DNA from: an uncultured Planctomycetota bacterium
GTDB lineage: Bacteria; Planctomycetota; DG-23; CAZBND01
NCBI GenBank assembly: GCA_964493415.1
Contig: CAZBND010000003.1
Location: forward strand, 90,229-154,228
Length of the DNA stretch: 64,000 bases
Direction of reading: 5' to 3'
The notes beneath the pieces were generated by a model. The model did no database searches and was not told where the DNA came from. It saw only the letters and a program-made list of their open reading frames with translations. This document shows positions 1 through 9,676 of this stretch, piece by piece. Position 1 is the first letter of the stretch; the number at the start of each line of letters is the position of its first letter. The translations under genes were made by a program, and so were the position numbers.

Positions 1-246
1 ACCGTCTGTACGCCGCGTCCTTTGCGTTGAAAGATGCTGAAACGGGTTCATGCCAACCGTACCCTCTCTCCGGCGTGTATATACTCGACTCCGTTATGGC
101 CACGCATCCCTCCATCACCGGAGACGCCTCGGGCCCCATGTCGAATTCAAAGGGGGGTTCTGATGCAAGCGATGCTGCTGCAAAGCCGGCGAGGAGTAAC
201 AATGCGCCCATGCCGTGTCTCAAGGTCCTGCCTCCTGAAGGCGGCC

Positions 247-1176
247 TCAGCTTCCGCTTGCCGTTCCGACAAGCTGCTGAAGCGAATCCATCCCGTGCTC
301 GTCCAGGTAATCCGCGATTCCCGAAGCAATGCGCGAGCAGACGTTGGGGTCGATGAGGAAACTCGTTCCCACAGCGACAGCCGAAGCGCCCGCCATTACG
401 AACTCCAGCGCGTCCTCAGCCGAGCTGATTCCCCCCATCCCGATAATCTTCGTGCCGGGCGTGGCCGAGAAGACCTCGTGGACTCTTTCGACCGCTATCG
501 CCTTGAGCGCCGGGCCCGATAGACCTCCGGTCGCGTTCCCCAGGACCGGCTTCCGCGAGCGGACGTCTATTGCCATGGCCTTCGCCGTGTTTACCAGCGA
601 CAGGGCGTCCGCGCCGCTGTCCAACGCCGCCTTCGCCAGCTCGATAATCGGCTGCACGTCGGGGGACAGCTTGACAATCAGCGGGAGCTCCGTCGCCTTC
701 CGCACCGCGCTGACAAGTTCGGCAAGGCCCTCCTTCTTCTGCCCGAATTCCGCCGAGCCTTCTTCTACGTTCGGGCACGAGACGTTCAGCTCGATCGCGG
801 ACACCTTCTCCGCCGAGCTCAGCCTGGCGGTCACCTCCACGTATTCCGCCACCGTGAATCCCGCGACATTGGCTATGACGGCGGCAGGGAGGGCTGTCAG
901 CTTGGGCAATATCTGCGAGACTACTTTGTCCACGCCCGGATTCTCCAGGCCGATGGAGTTGATCACTCCGCCGGGCACCTCGGCTATCCTGGGAGGCGGA
1001 TTGCCCTTTCGGGGATTCAGCGTGGTCCCCTTCAGAACGACCGCTCCGACCGCGTCCCAGTCGAAGCCGGAGAGCTCCAACAGCTCCGACCCATAGCCGC
1101 AAGTTCCCGATGCGATCATCACGGGAGAGGAGAGGTCCACCGCGCCTATCCGTACGTCTAGCCGTCTCTTGCCCAT
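247..1176 (-). CDS. pyrD: dihydroorotate dehydrogenase catalytic subunit (class 1B PyrD)
   Basis: TIM-barrel DHODH motifs (MIASGTCGYG, GGISSAEDALEF). ATG verified at 1176; the ORF's upstream extension to 1377 overlaps pyrK and is not used. Short overlap with pyrK stop, typical of pyrK-pyrD. Confidence 0.85.
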   Translation of the reverse strand: MGKRRLDVRIGAVDLSSPVMIASGTCGYGSELLELSGFDWDAVGAVVLKGTTLNPRKGNPPPRIAEVPGGVINSIGLENPGVDKVVSQILPKLTALPAAVIANVAGFTVAEYVEVTARLSSAEKVSAIELNVSCPNVEEGSAEFGQKKEGLAELVSAVRKATELPLIVKLSPDVQPIIELAKAALDSGADALSLVNTAKAMAIDVRSRKPVLGNATGGLSGPALKAIAVERVHEVFSATPGTKIIGMGGISSAEDALEFVMAGASAVAVGTSFLIDPNVCSRIASGIADYLDEHGMDSLQQLVGTASGS

Positions 1177-2492
1177 CCATCCTCCCAGAGTATGTCCTCT
1201 GCGTCGAAAGCCGGGCCGTCGATGCAGACGCGTGCCGGCCCACTCTTGGTCGGAATGCTGCACGACATGCAGGCCCCAAAGCCGCATCCCATCATCTCTT
1301 CCATCAGCACCTGGCAGGGGGTCTTGGAGATGCTGCATAATCTTGCCGTTTCCCTCAGCATCGCCGTCGGGCCGCAAGCGATGACCTCGCAGCCTTCTCC
1401 CCGGCCGGCCAGGAACTCTCTCAGCAAGTCCGTTGCGAGCCCGGTCGGTATGTCGTCGTCCGCCTCGGTGACGACTCTCACGTCGACCCCGAGTTCTCTG
1501 AACTCGTCGAGCGTCGGTGCGCCGTTGCTTTCCGCGGGCGACATGTGAGCCGGTATGTGGTCTTTAGCAGATGCGCCGACCAGGAGAACGGTTTGTCTGT
1601 CGAGGCGAGAAAGCTCTTCCGCGGCGGCGAGCATGGGGGCCAGCCCCATTCCGCCCGCGAGAAGGGCCACCGGCACGTCCTGATGACGCGCCAGGTTTAC
1701 CGGCCTGCCCAACGGACCAAGCGCGTTCACCTTGTCGCCCGCCTTGAGCGACGCCAGCGCCTCCGTCCCCGGTCCCACGACGGCAAAGACCACGCTGAAA
1801 CTCCCGTCAGGTTCACCCGCCTCGTCCCTGTGCAAGCGGTGAAGACTGAAAGGCCGCCGGAGAAACGGTCGTCTGCTGGAATAATCCGGAGCGAGCGTTC
1901 TTCGCACTTCATCCCACTCATCGAAAGTGCGCTTCCCCCGCCTTTCTTCACCGATAAGGATATTCACAAACTGCCCTGCGGAGATGGCCGCTGCGATTTC
2001 GGGCGCGTCGAGCCGCAGCCGGCAAAATCTCCCGAGAAAAGGAGTGTTCGAGAGCACCTGCGCTTCCAGGCGGTGTATCGCTCCCGCGCCTGACGCCGCC
2101 CCCTTCTTCTTCGTGAGGATTACACAGTTGCCGCGGGGAGTGTAGTCCACGCTGTCCATGAACTCCCGCATCAGCAGCATCCCCCGTCCGCAAGGCGTGA
2201 GTAAGTTCTCCTCGTCCGTGGGGTCGGGAATGCTGCACGGGTCGAACCCCTCGCCCTCGTCCTCCACGCACATCTTTACCTGCTGCGGGGTGAACTCGCA
2301 GTCGAGTATCACATGCTTCGTCGGGTCAAGCTTGTTGCCGTGGATCACCGCGTTGGTAATTGCCTCTTCCGCCGCCAACCGGACGGCAAAAACCTCCTCG
2401 GAACTGTAACCGAGTTGCTCGACCCGGTTCGCTATCTCGTCAACGGTCTTCGCGACCTCGCTCATTCTGCTCGGGAGGTACTTCCGTTCCAT
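1158..2492 (-). CDS. pyrK: fusion protein: N-terminal HATPase_c anti-sigma-factor-type Ser kinase domain (RsbW/SpoIIAB-like) + dihydroorotate dehydrogenase electron-transfer subunit PyrK
   Basis: Residues ~1-137 match anti-sigma regulatory kinase motifs (AEEAITNAVIHGN, DEGEGFDP, GRGM). After a Gly/Ala/Ser linker, residues ~150-444 match PyrK (FAD/NAD binding, LLAGGMGLAPM, C-terminal Cys cluster MGCGFGACMSCS). Continuous ORF with no internal stop; ATG verified at 2492. Confidence 0.75.
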   Translation of the reverse strand: MERKYLPSRMSEVAKTVDEIANRVEQLGYSSEEVFAVRLAAEEAITNAVIHGNKLDPTKHVILDCEFTPQQVKMCVEDEGEGFDPCSIPDPTDEENLLTPCGRGMLLMREFMDSVDYTPRGNCVILTKKKGAASGAGAIHRLEAQVLSNTPFLGRFCRLRLDAPEIAAAISAGQFVNILIGEERRGKRTFDEWDEVRRTLAPDYSSRRPFLRRPFSLHRLHRDEAGEPDGSFSVVFAVVGPGTEALASLKAGDKVNALGPLGRPVNLARHQDVPVALLAGGMGLAPMLAAAEELSRLDRQTVLLVGASAKDHIPAHMSPAESNGAPTLDEFRELGVDVRVVTEADDDIPTGLATDLLREFLAGRGEGCEVIACGPTAMLRETARLCSISKTPCQVLMEEMMGCGFGACMSCSIPTKSGPARVCIDGPAFDAEDILWEDGWARDG

Positions 2493-2568
2493 CGGCTGCC
2501 CCTTCGGATTCTCGCGCTATTCTAATCCTCTCCTGCTCTGCGGGCAAGGTGATCGGCCTCCTGCAATT

Positions 2569-3438
2569 GTGTTGTCACGATCAGGCGCGTACAATGGAGC
2601 GAGAGAGGAGGGCAAATTGGACCCTGGACTCGGGCGCTTGCAGGGCATCTTGAAATCTATGGGGAGCGTCGCCATAGCGTTCTCCGGCGGCGTGGACAGT
2701 ACTTTCTTGTCCAAGGTCGCCGCCGACACGCTTGGCTCCAAGGCTCTCGCGGTAACTGCCCGGTCCGAGACCTATACGGAAGAAGAGTTCGACATGGCTT
2801 GCCGGATCGCGCGCGAGATAGGGATAAGGCACAAGGTCATCGAAACCGAAGAGCTCGGGATCGGCGGTTTCGCCGACAACCCCCCTCGCAGATGCTATTA
2901 CTGCAAGCACGAGTTGTTCTCCAAGCTGCTCGAGACGGCCCGCGAGGAGGGGCTTGCTTTCGTGGCGGACGGCACGAACGCCGACGACACCGGCGACTTC
3001 CGCCCTGGGATGGACGCGGCAAAAGAGCTGGGGATTCGCTCCCCTCTCGCCGAAGCCGGCCTCACCAAGCCCGTTATCAGAAAGCTCAGCGAGGAACTGG
3101 GCCTTCCCACGTGGGACAAGCCGCCCGTAGCTTGCCTCGCGTCCAGATTCCCCTACGGGCACAAGATCACCAGGGAGAGCCTCCTGATGGTAGCTGAGGC
3201 CGAGAGGTTTCTGCGAAGCCTGGGATTCTCGACCGTCAGGGTAAGGCACTATGGCCCTGCGGCGAGAATTGAGGTCGATCCCGCAGAGCTGCCGAGATTG
3301 GCGTCGACAGAAATCCGCGGGCACGTCGTAGAGAAGCTCAAGTCCGTCGGCTACACCTACGTGACCCTGGACCTCGAGGGTTACAGAAGCGGAAGCATGA
3401 ACGAGGTGCTCTCTGCCGATCAGAAGAGCGTTGGCTGA
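2569..3438 (+). CDS. larE: PP-loop ATP pyrophosphatase, LarE/TIGR00268 family (sacrificial sulfur transferase-like)
   Basis: SGGVDS PP-loop. Alignable by eye over its length to L. plantarum LarE, including the C-terminal RFPYG and YVTLDLEGYRSG motifs. GTG at 2569; alternative TTG at 2617 is preceded by GGAGGG. Confidence 0.7.
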   Translation: MLSRSGAYNGAREEGKLDPGLGRLQGILKSMGSVAIAFSGGVDSTFLSKVAADTLGSKALAVTARSETYTEEEFDMACRIAREIGIRHKVIETEELGIGGFADNPPRRCYYCKHELFSKLLETAREEGLAFVADGTNADDTGDFRPGMDAAKELGIRSPLAEAGLTKPVIRKLSEELGLPTWDKPPVACLASRFPYGHKITRESLLMVAEAERFLRSLGFSTVRVRHYGPAARIEVDPAELPRLASTEIRGHVVEKLKSVGYTYVTLDLEGYRSGSMNEVLSADQKSVG

Positions 3439-3456
3439 CGTATGCCGGCGGTCGGC

Positions 3457-4593
3457 TTAGCCCTTCAGCACAAGCAAGTTGTCCCTATGGACCGCCTCGT
3501 CGTACGGGCAGTAGCCGAGCACTCGCGGGATATCTGAGCACTGGAGCCCCTTTATCCTGAGCAGGTCGGCGGAGGAATAGTTCGAAAGGCCGCGCGCGAA
3601 CTCCCTGCCGCTTGCCGTGCAGATCGATACCAGCTCGCCTGCTTCGAAGTCGCCGGTTACGCCTACGACCCCGGCAGGCAGCAGGCTCTTCCCGCGCTCA
3701 ACCAGGGCATCTGTGGCACCGTCGTCGACGGTGACCTTTCCCCTCAAGATCGCCGCCCTCCCCAGCCAGCGTTTCCACCCGCGGATCGGCTCCTCCTTCG
3801 CGGGGAAGAACGTCCCGAGCTCTTCACCCTTGAGCAGCCTCGGGACTATGTCGGGCTCGTTTCCGTTGGCTATTATCACGCTTTGGCCGCCCTCCATGGC
3901 GATCTCCGCCGCCCTGAGCTTGCTCTCCATTCCGCCCACGGTCATGCTGCTCTTTTTCTTCTCCCACACGCACTTGTACGTTTCCGGCGTTATCTTAACG
4001 ATCGTTTTGACCACCTCTTGAGCCTCTCCCGCATCCTTCCGAACCAGCCCCTCCACGTCGGTCAGCAGGATCAGCAATTGCGCCTCGACCAGGCCTCCTA
4101 CCAGCGCGGAAAGCGTATCGTTCTCCCCGAAGGTTATCTCTTCAGTCGATACCGTATCGTTCTCATTTATTATGGGCACAGCTCCCATTCTGAGCAGCGA
4201 GAGGATGGTGTTCCGCGCGTTCAGGTAACGATGCCGTTCACTGAAATCCTCTCTCGTCAGGAGCAATTGGGCTGAGTTAAGCCCGTGTTCGGCCAGATGG
4301 TGTGAATACAGCCCCATCAGATGGCCCTGTCCTGCCGCCGCGGCAGCCTGAAGCTCCGGCAGCCTGGACGGCCTTTTCTTCAGGCCCAGCTTCTCCACGC
4401 CCGCAGCGATGGCCCCCGAGGTAACCAGGACGGCTTCCCTCCCATCCTCCCGGACCTTCGCGAGCTGGCGACACAGCGCCCCAACCGCGCGAGAGCTTAT
4501 CCTGCCCCCCTCGTCCGAGAGCACGCTCGTCCCGACCTTCACCACCAGCAGCCGGGTCTTCTCGATGTAAGGCAAGCGCGTGTTGCTGTTCAT
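3457..4593 (-). CDS. proB: glutamate 5-kinase with C-terminal PUA domain
   Basis: Amino-acid kinase fold motifs (VVKVGTSVL, VTSGAIAAG, IINENDTV) plus a PUA domain. ATG at 4593 verified, with a GGAGGGG RBS. Confidence 0.85.
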   Translation of the reverse strand: MNSNTRLPYIEKTRLLVVKVGTSVLSDEGGRISSRAVGALCRQLAKVREDGREAVLVTSGAIAAGVEKLGLKKRPSRLPELQAAAAAGQGHLMGLYSHHLAEHGLNSAQLLLTREDFSERHRYLNARNTILSLLRMGAVPIINENDTVSTEEITFGENDTLSALVGGLVEAQLLILLTDVEGLVRKDAGEAQEVVKTIVKITPETYKCVWEKKKSSMTVGGMESKLRAAEIAMEGGQSVIIANGNEPDIVPRLLKGEELGTFFPAKEEPIRGWKRWLGRAAILRGKVTVDDGATDALVERGKSLLPAGVVGVTGDFEAGELVSICTASGREFARGLSNYSSADLLRIKGLQCSDIPRVLGYCPYDEAVHRDNLLVLKG

Positions 4594-4658
4594 AGCCCCT
4601 CCGAGTGCCGTCTCAAATGTTAGCGGCTTGCCGCGACAGAAGTCAAGCCATCTCGCTT

Positions 4659-4687
4659 TTGACAAACCACGGGGGGCAGACTAGAAT
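4659..4687 (+). promoter_or_regulatory. sigma70-type promoter candidate for leuCD (TTGACA-17nt-TAGAAT)
   Basis: Exact TTGACA at 4659-4664, 17-nt spacer, TAGAAT at 4682-4687. Lies about 58 nt upstream of the leuC TTG start in the divergent proB/leuC intergenic region. Confidence 0.45.
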
Positions 4688-4744
4688 AGTCCCTTCCGTG
4701 AGCTTGCTCCTGTCGATATCAGCCATTCCCGTGGAGGAGCCGTC

Positions 4745-5998
4745 TTGGGCGCAACCCTGGCCGAGAAAGTCATCTCGGCTCACTGTGGGAAAACCGTGGT
4801 TCCCGGCGAGCTCGTCGTGGTCGCGGTGGACTTCTGCTACTTCCAGGACGGCACCGGCCCCCTAGCCGTCAGGCAATTCAGGAAGCTGGGGGCACGGGGT
4901 CTGAAGGCCCCCGATCGCACCGCCTTCTTCCTGGACCATTCCGGCCCGTGTCCCAACAAGGAGCTTGCCAACGATCACGTCCTCTTGCGTGAATTCGCGA
5001 AGGAGATGGGCGCGCATTTATTTGACGTCGGTGCCGGCGTTTCCCACCAGGTCGTGGCGGAGCGTTTCCTCAAGCCCGGGTGGCTGGTGATTGCAGCCGA
5101 TTCCCACACGTGCACCGGCGGCGCGCTGGCCGCGTTCGCTACGGGCATGGGCTCGACCGACGTCGCCGTGGCCGCCGCTACCGGCCAAACCTGGCTCCGC
5201 GTGCCTGAGTCTCTCAAAGTCGGCCTCTCCGGGAAGCTTGGCGAACGCGTTCTCGCCAAGGACGTGATCCTCACTCTCATCGGCCGCCTCGGCGCGGATG
5301 GGGCGAACTACCAGGCTCTTGAATTCTCAGGTGAGGGTATCGTCGCGTTGGACGTGGCGGACCGGCTGACAGTCTCCAACATGGCGCATGAATGCGGGGC
5401 GAAGGCCGGCCTCTTTCCAGCGGACGAAGTGACCGGACGTTACCTCTCTGCGCAGGGCAGGGCAGGGGACTTCGTCGCAATGGAAGCCGATAGGGACGCT
5501 TCTTACGCAGGTGAGATGAAGCTGGAGTTGGACAAGATCGTGCCCGTGGTCGCCGCGCCGCACGCCGTGGACAACGTCATGCCGGCTTCCGACTGCGGCG
5601 AGGTCAAGGTCGATCAAGTTTACCTCGGCAGTTGCACCAACGCTCGGCTGGAAGACTTCGAGGCCGCAGCCGCCATCCTTCGGGGGAGGAAGCTCGCGCC
5701 CGGAGTCAGGCTGCTGGTCCAACCCGCAAGCCCCGCCGTGTACCGCCGGTTGGCGGAACAGGGCTTGGCGGAGCTCTTTGTTGGATTGGGTGGCGCAATG
5801 CTTCCGCCCGGCTGCGGGCCCTGTTGCGGTGTCCACATGGGCATTCTCGGAAACGACGAGGTGTGCATCTCGACAAGCAATCGGAACTTCCTCGGTAGAA
5901 TGGGCAATCCCGAGGCGAGCGTGTACCTCGCCTCTCCCGCAACGGCGGCAGCCAGCGCCGTAACGGGGATGATAACAGACCCCAGGAGTCTCGACTGA
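4745..5998 (+). CDS. leuC: 3-isopropylmalate/homoaconitate dehydratase large subunit (archaeal-type short LeuC)
   Basis: Aconitase-family motifs (DSHTCTGGALAAF, GSCTNARLEDF, Cys ligands CGPCCG). About 417 aa, typical of LeuC/HACN type. TTG start preceded by GGAGG. Confidence 0.85.
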   Translation: MGATLAEKVISAHCGKTVVPGELVVVAVDFCYFQDGTGPLAVRQFRKLGARGLKAPDRTAFFLDHSGPCPNKELANDHVLLREFAKEMGAHLFDVGAGVSHQVVAERFLKPGWLVIAADSHTCTGGALAAFATGMGSTDVAVAAATGQTWLRVPESLKVGLSGKLGERVLAKDVILTLIGRLGADGANYQALEFSGEGIVALDVADRLTVSNMAHECGAKAGLFPADEVTGRYLSAQGRAGDFVAMEADRDASYAGEMKLELDKIVPVVAAPHAVDNVMPASDCGEVKVDQVYLGSCTNARLEDFEAAAAILRGRKLAPGVRLLVQPASPAVYRRLAEQGLAELFVGLGGAMLPPGCGPCCGVHMGILGNDEVCISTSNRNFLGRMGNPEASVYLASPATAAASAVTGMITDPRSLD

Positions 5999-6498
5999 TG
6001 GAGCCGATGAGAGGCAGAGCATGGAAGTTCGGCGACGGCATCAGCACTGACCACATAGCGCCGGGCCGGTATTTTCACTTGCGGTCGAACTTGCCGGAAC
6101 TGGCCAAGCACGTGCTTGAAGATGCCCGGGGCGATTTCGCCTCCGGGGTCAAACAGGGAGACTTCGTGGTCGGAGGGAGCAACTTCGGCCAGGGATCGAG
6201 CCGGGAGCACGCCCCGACCATAATCAAAATGGCGGGGGCCGCCGCGGTGCTGGCCAAGTCCTTCGCCAGGATTTTCTTCCGCAACGCCGTCAACGTCGGC
6301 CTGCCTGCCATAATCTGCGATACGGACCTGATCGATGAGGGGGATCAGCTCGAGGTCAGCTTAGAGGAGGGGGTCGTTCGCAACCTGACGAAGGGGACCG
6401 AGCTTCGGTTCGCTCCGCTTCCTCCCGTTATGATGGCGGTGCTCTCAGAGGGGGGGCTCGTCGACTACATAGTTAAACACGGTGGGTTCAAGGTGTAG
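5998..6498 (+). CDS. leuD: 3-isopropylmalate dehydratase small subunit
   Basis: Aconitase swivel-domain motifs (GDGISTDHIAPGRY, GGSNFGQGSSREHAP). ATG overlaps the leuC stop (TGATG). Confidence 0.85.
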   Translation: MEPMRGRAWKFGDGISTDHIAPGRYFHLRSNLPELAKHVLEDARGDFASGVKQGDFVVGGSNFGQGSSREHAPTIIKMAGAAAVLAKSFARIFFRNAVNVGLPAIICDTDLIDEGDQLEVSLEEGVVRNLTKGTELRFAPLPPVMMAVLSEGGLVDYIVKHGGFKV

Positions 6499-6507
6499 GA
6501 GGGGAAG

Positions 6508-7455
6508 TTGCCGGTGCAGAAAGTAGCCGTAATCGGCGCAGGGCAGGTGGGAGCCACGACCGCACAGCGCATCCTTGAGCGCAATCTCGCCGACGTCGCG
6601 CTGATCGACGTTATCGAAGGCCTTGCGGAAGGTAAAGCCCTCGACATGATGCAGTCGGCTCCTATTCTGGGGATCGACCGGAGTGTCGTGGGCGGAACGG
6701 ATATATCCCTTTTGGAAGGAAGCGACGTCGTAGTCGTGACTGCCGGAAAAGCCCGGAAGCCGGGCATGACCCGCGAGGACCTGCTGGGCGCCAACGCCGA
6801 GATTGTGCGGGGGACATCCGAAGCCGTCGCGCAGCATGCGCCGGGCTCCAAGGTCATAGTCGTCACCAATCCGCTGGACGCCATGACGTACCTCGCTCTC
6901 AAGAAGACGCACTTCAGCCCCGAGCGCGTAATGGGCATGGCGGGGGTGCTGGACTCGGCGCGATTTGCATTCTTCGTGGCCGAGGAGCTGGGGGTTCCGC
7001 CTTCCCAAGTGGAAGTGCTCGTGTTGGGCGGTCATGGAGACCTTATGGTGCCGCTTTCGCGCTTGGCTAGCGTGGGCGGAATGCCGATTTCCGAGCTGCT
7101 TCCCCCTGAACGGATCGAGGCCATCGTCGAAAGGACGAAATCAGGGGGGGCGGAAGTCGTTGCCCTTCTCAAGTCGGGCAGCGCCTTCTATGCTCCTTCG
7201 GCGGCAACCGTGAAGATGGTCGACAGCATCATCAACGACACCGGTGACGTGGTGGTGGCCTCGGTCTTCCTCGGCGGCGAATACGACCTCGAGGACGTTA
7301 CGCTGGGTATACCGGTCAGGCTGGGACGGTCGGGAATAAAGGAGAGGCTCGAACTAACGCTCACTCCCGACGAGAAGAAGGCCCTGACGAACTCCGCGCA
7401 TAAGGTTAGAGAGAGCATCTACTGGCTCGAATCCAAGGGCTTCCTGGGAGGTTAG
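6508..7455 (+). CDS. mdh: malate dehydrogenase (LDH-like MDH family)
   Basis: Rossmann GAGQVG, VVTAGKARKPGMTR, VVTNPLD, catalytic GGHGD. Confidence 0.85.
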   Translation: MPVQKVAVIGAGQVGATTAQRILERNLADVALIDVIEGLAEGKALDMMQSAPILGIDRSVVGGTDISLLEGSDVVVVTAGKARKPGMTREDLLGANAEIVRGTSEAVAQHAPGSKVIVVTNPLDAMTYLALKKTHFSPERVMGMAGVLDSARFAFFVAEELGVPPSQVEVLVLGGHGDLMVPLSRLASVGGMPISELLPPERIEAIVERTKSGGAEVVALLKSGSAFYAPSAATVKMVDSIINDTGDVVVASVFLGGEYDLEDVTLGIPVRLGRSGIKERLELTLTPDEKKALTNSAHKVRESIYWLESKGFLGG

Positions 7456-8298
7456 ATGAGAGCCGTTCGCGCCGGAGAGATCGTCGTAGCAGTGGCTGAT
7501 CTCTGCCGGAGGGCCAACTTCGAGCTACGCGACGATATGAGGACTGCGCTCGAACAGGCCACCCGGACGGAGAGCTACCCGCCCGCCCGTGAAGTTCTCG
7601 AGCTCATACTCAAGAACGCCGCCGTCGCCTCGCAGAACGCAATCCCCATGTGTCAGGACACTGGCGTGGCGGTGATTCTGGTTCAAAGGGGCGGGGATGT
7701 TCGAGTTGAAGGTGGAACGCTCTGTGAAGCGATTGCCGAAGGCACGCGGAAGGGCTACGGCGAAGCTTGCCTTCGGAAATCCGTCGTGGCTCATCCCCTC
7801 ACCCGCGTGAACACGGGAGACAACACGCCTCCCATATGTGTTGTCGAGGAGGTCCCGGGCGACGGGCTCAAGATACTTTTCATGGCGAAGGGCGGGGGAT
7901 GCGAGAACGCCGGCGCCTTGCGCATGCTGAATCCCGCCGACGGCGAGGACGGCGTGGTACGGTTCGTGGTCGATACAGTGGAGAAGGCCGGCGCGGCCGC
8001 GTGCCCTCCCTTCGTAATCGGTGTAGGCCTGGGTGGGACCATGGACAAGGCCGCGCAGCTTGCGAAGAGAGCATTGTTCCGCACCGTGGGCTCATCCGCG
8101 GCTTCCGACGTCGACCGCGCCCTGGAAGAGAGGCTGCTCCGCGAGGTCAATGGCACCGGCATAGGCGCGGCGGGTCTCGGAGGAGACACGACCGCACTCG
8201 CCGTCCACGTGGAGAGCCGCCCCTGTCACATAGCCAGTATGCCCGTCGCCGTGAACATAGATTGCCACGCCCACCGGATTGCGTCCGTGGAGCTGTGA
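7456..8298 (+). CDS. fumA: class I (Fe-S) fumarate hydratase alpha subunit / L(+)-tartrate dehydratase alpha-like
   Basis: Fe-S hydro-lyase alpha-type N-terminal domain (CQDTGV, cysteine ligands). ATG immediately after the mdh stop, with a GGGAGG RBS. Confidence 0.8.
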   Translation: MRAVRAGEIVVAVADLCRRANFELRDDMRTALEQATRTESYPPAREVLELILKNAAVASQNAIPMCQDTGVAVILVQRGGDVRVEGGTLCEAIAEGTRKGYGEACLRKSVVAHPLTRVNTGDNTPPICVVEEVPGDGLKILFMAKGGGCENAGALRMLNPADGEDGVVRFVVDTVEKAGAAACPPFVIGVGLGGTMDKAAQLAKRALFRTVGSSAASDVDRALEERLLREVNGTGIGAAGLGGDTTALAVHVESRPCHIASMPVAVNIDCHAHRIASVEL

Positions 8299-8310
8299 TA
8301 CGAGGAAGGG

Positions 8311-8880
8311 ATGGACGCCAAGACGATACAGTTGCCGCTTGACGAGGAAACCATCGCCGACCTTCGGGCCGGTGACCGGGTTCTTCTCAGCGGCATCGTC
8401 TATACTGCCCGTGACGCGGCACACAAGCGGATCGTGGAAAACTTAGCCGACGAAATCTCTCCTCCGTTCGATCTGAAAGGGGCCGTCATCTACTATTGCG
8501 GTCCCACACCTGCCACGCGAGGCAGGGTTATCGGCGCGGCGGGTCCGACCACGTCGTCCAGGATGGACCGGTACGTCGGGCAGCTCGTGGCCCGAGGTGT
8601 GAAGGCCTTTATCGGGAAAGGCGCGCGCTCCCCCGAAGCGGCAAAAGCTTTAAGGGACGCCAAAGCGATTTACTTCGCCGCCATCGGTGGTCTCGGAGCG
8701 CTCCTGTCGCTTACAATACGAAGTGCGGAGATTGTCGCCTATCCGGACTTGGGTCCGGGGGCCGTGTACCGGCTCGAACTGAAGGACTTCCCGGCGGTCG
8801 TCGCTCTCGATATCCACGGTGGCGACGTCTATCGGGAGGCTGTCGCCCATTACAAAGAGTTTGTCAAGGCGAGATGTTAG
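8311..8880 (+). CDS. fumB: class I fumarate hydratase beta subunit (C-terminal catalytic domain)
   Basis: Fe-S hydro-lyase beta subunit motifs (SGIVYTARDAAHKR, KGAVIYYCGP, GKGARS). Confidence 0.8.
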   Translation: MDAKTIQLPLDEETIADLRAGDRVLLSGIVYTARDAAHKRIVENLADEISPPFDLKGAVIYYCGPTPATRGRVIGAAGPTTSSRMDRYVGQLVARGVKAFIGKGARSPEAAKALRDAKAIYFAAIGGLGALLSLTIRSAEIVAYPDLGPGAVYRLELKDFPAVVALDIHGGDVYREAVAHYKEFVKARC

Positions 8881-8928
8881 GGTGTGGCCTCAGCACGGAG
8901 GTCGCCCGCGAGGCGAAGGCGGTGAAGA

Positions 8929-9660
8929 GTGCCAGAGGACGTTAAACTGGACGTCGTTGCGGTGTCGGCCCATCCGGATGACACGGAGATCGGTTGCGGC
9001 GGCACGCTCGCGAAGGCCGCCGCGCAAGGGTACAAGGTCGGGATAGTCGATCTTACCGACGGCGAGCCGACGCCGGGGTCTCCTTCGCCCGAGGTGCGTC
9101 TCGAAGAGGCCCGCAAGGCCGCCGGTATCCTGGGCGTTACGCTGCGGGAGACCCTTCCCCTGTCCAATCGGAGGCTTTTCGATGATTTCGAGAGCCGCCT
9201 TCAGCTCGCCGGGGCTCTCAGGAAGTATCGTCCCAAGCTCGTCATCGCCATAGGGGGCAAGACCGTGACTCTCTCCCCCGACCATTACCAGGCAATGCTC
9301 ATAGTCGAGGCGGCGGTCTTCTACTGCAAGCTCACCAAGTGGGAGCGTCACTTCGACCCCTACCCACCTTGTCCCGTTCCCAAGCTCGTTTATTGGCCGA
9401 CCATTTCCCGCGACCCCGGCATACCTCGGAACGATTTCGTGGTGGACATCACCGATACGTATGAGACCAAGGTGAAAGCCATACTGGCCTACCAGACGCA
9501 GTTCTCGCCGGGCAAGCCGAACTACGACCGCGTGCTGAACTGGGTCGAAGCTTCCGCTCGGTACAACGGGACCCGCGGCGGGTTCAAATACGGGGAGCTT
9601 TTCTGCGCTCACGAGATGCCCGGCACGGACGACGTGATGCGGTTCATGAAACTGGCATAA
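8929..9660 (+). CDS. PIG-L/LmbE family N-acetylglucosaminyl deacetylase
   Basis: AHPDDTEIGCGGT signature of LmbE/PIG-L deacetylases (BshB/MshB-like). GTG start verified. Confidence 0.75.
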   Translation: MPEDVKLDVVAVSAHPDDTEIGCGGTLAKAAAQGYKVGIVDLTDGEPTPGSPSPEVRLEEARKAAGILGVTLRETLPLSNRRLFDDFESRLQLAGALRKYRPKLVIAIGGKTVTLSPDHYQAMLIVEAAVFYCKLTKWERHFDPYPPCPVPKLVYWPTISRDPGIPRNDFVVDITDTYETKVKAILAYQTQFSPGKPNYDRVLNWVEASARYNGTRGGFKYGELFCAHEMPGTDDVMRFMKLA

Positions 9661-9676
9661 GTTTGGAGAAGAATCA

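Noticed and set aside
416-1279. 287-codon - strand ORF and the 329-1096 + strand ORF
   Set aside because: Alternative frames over pyrD; Arg/Gly-rich with no motifs, while pyrD in its own frame is unambiguous.
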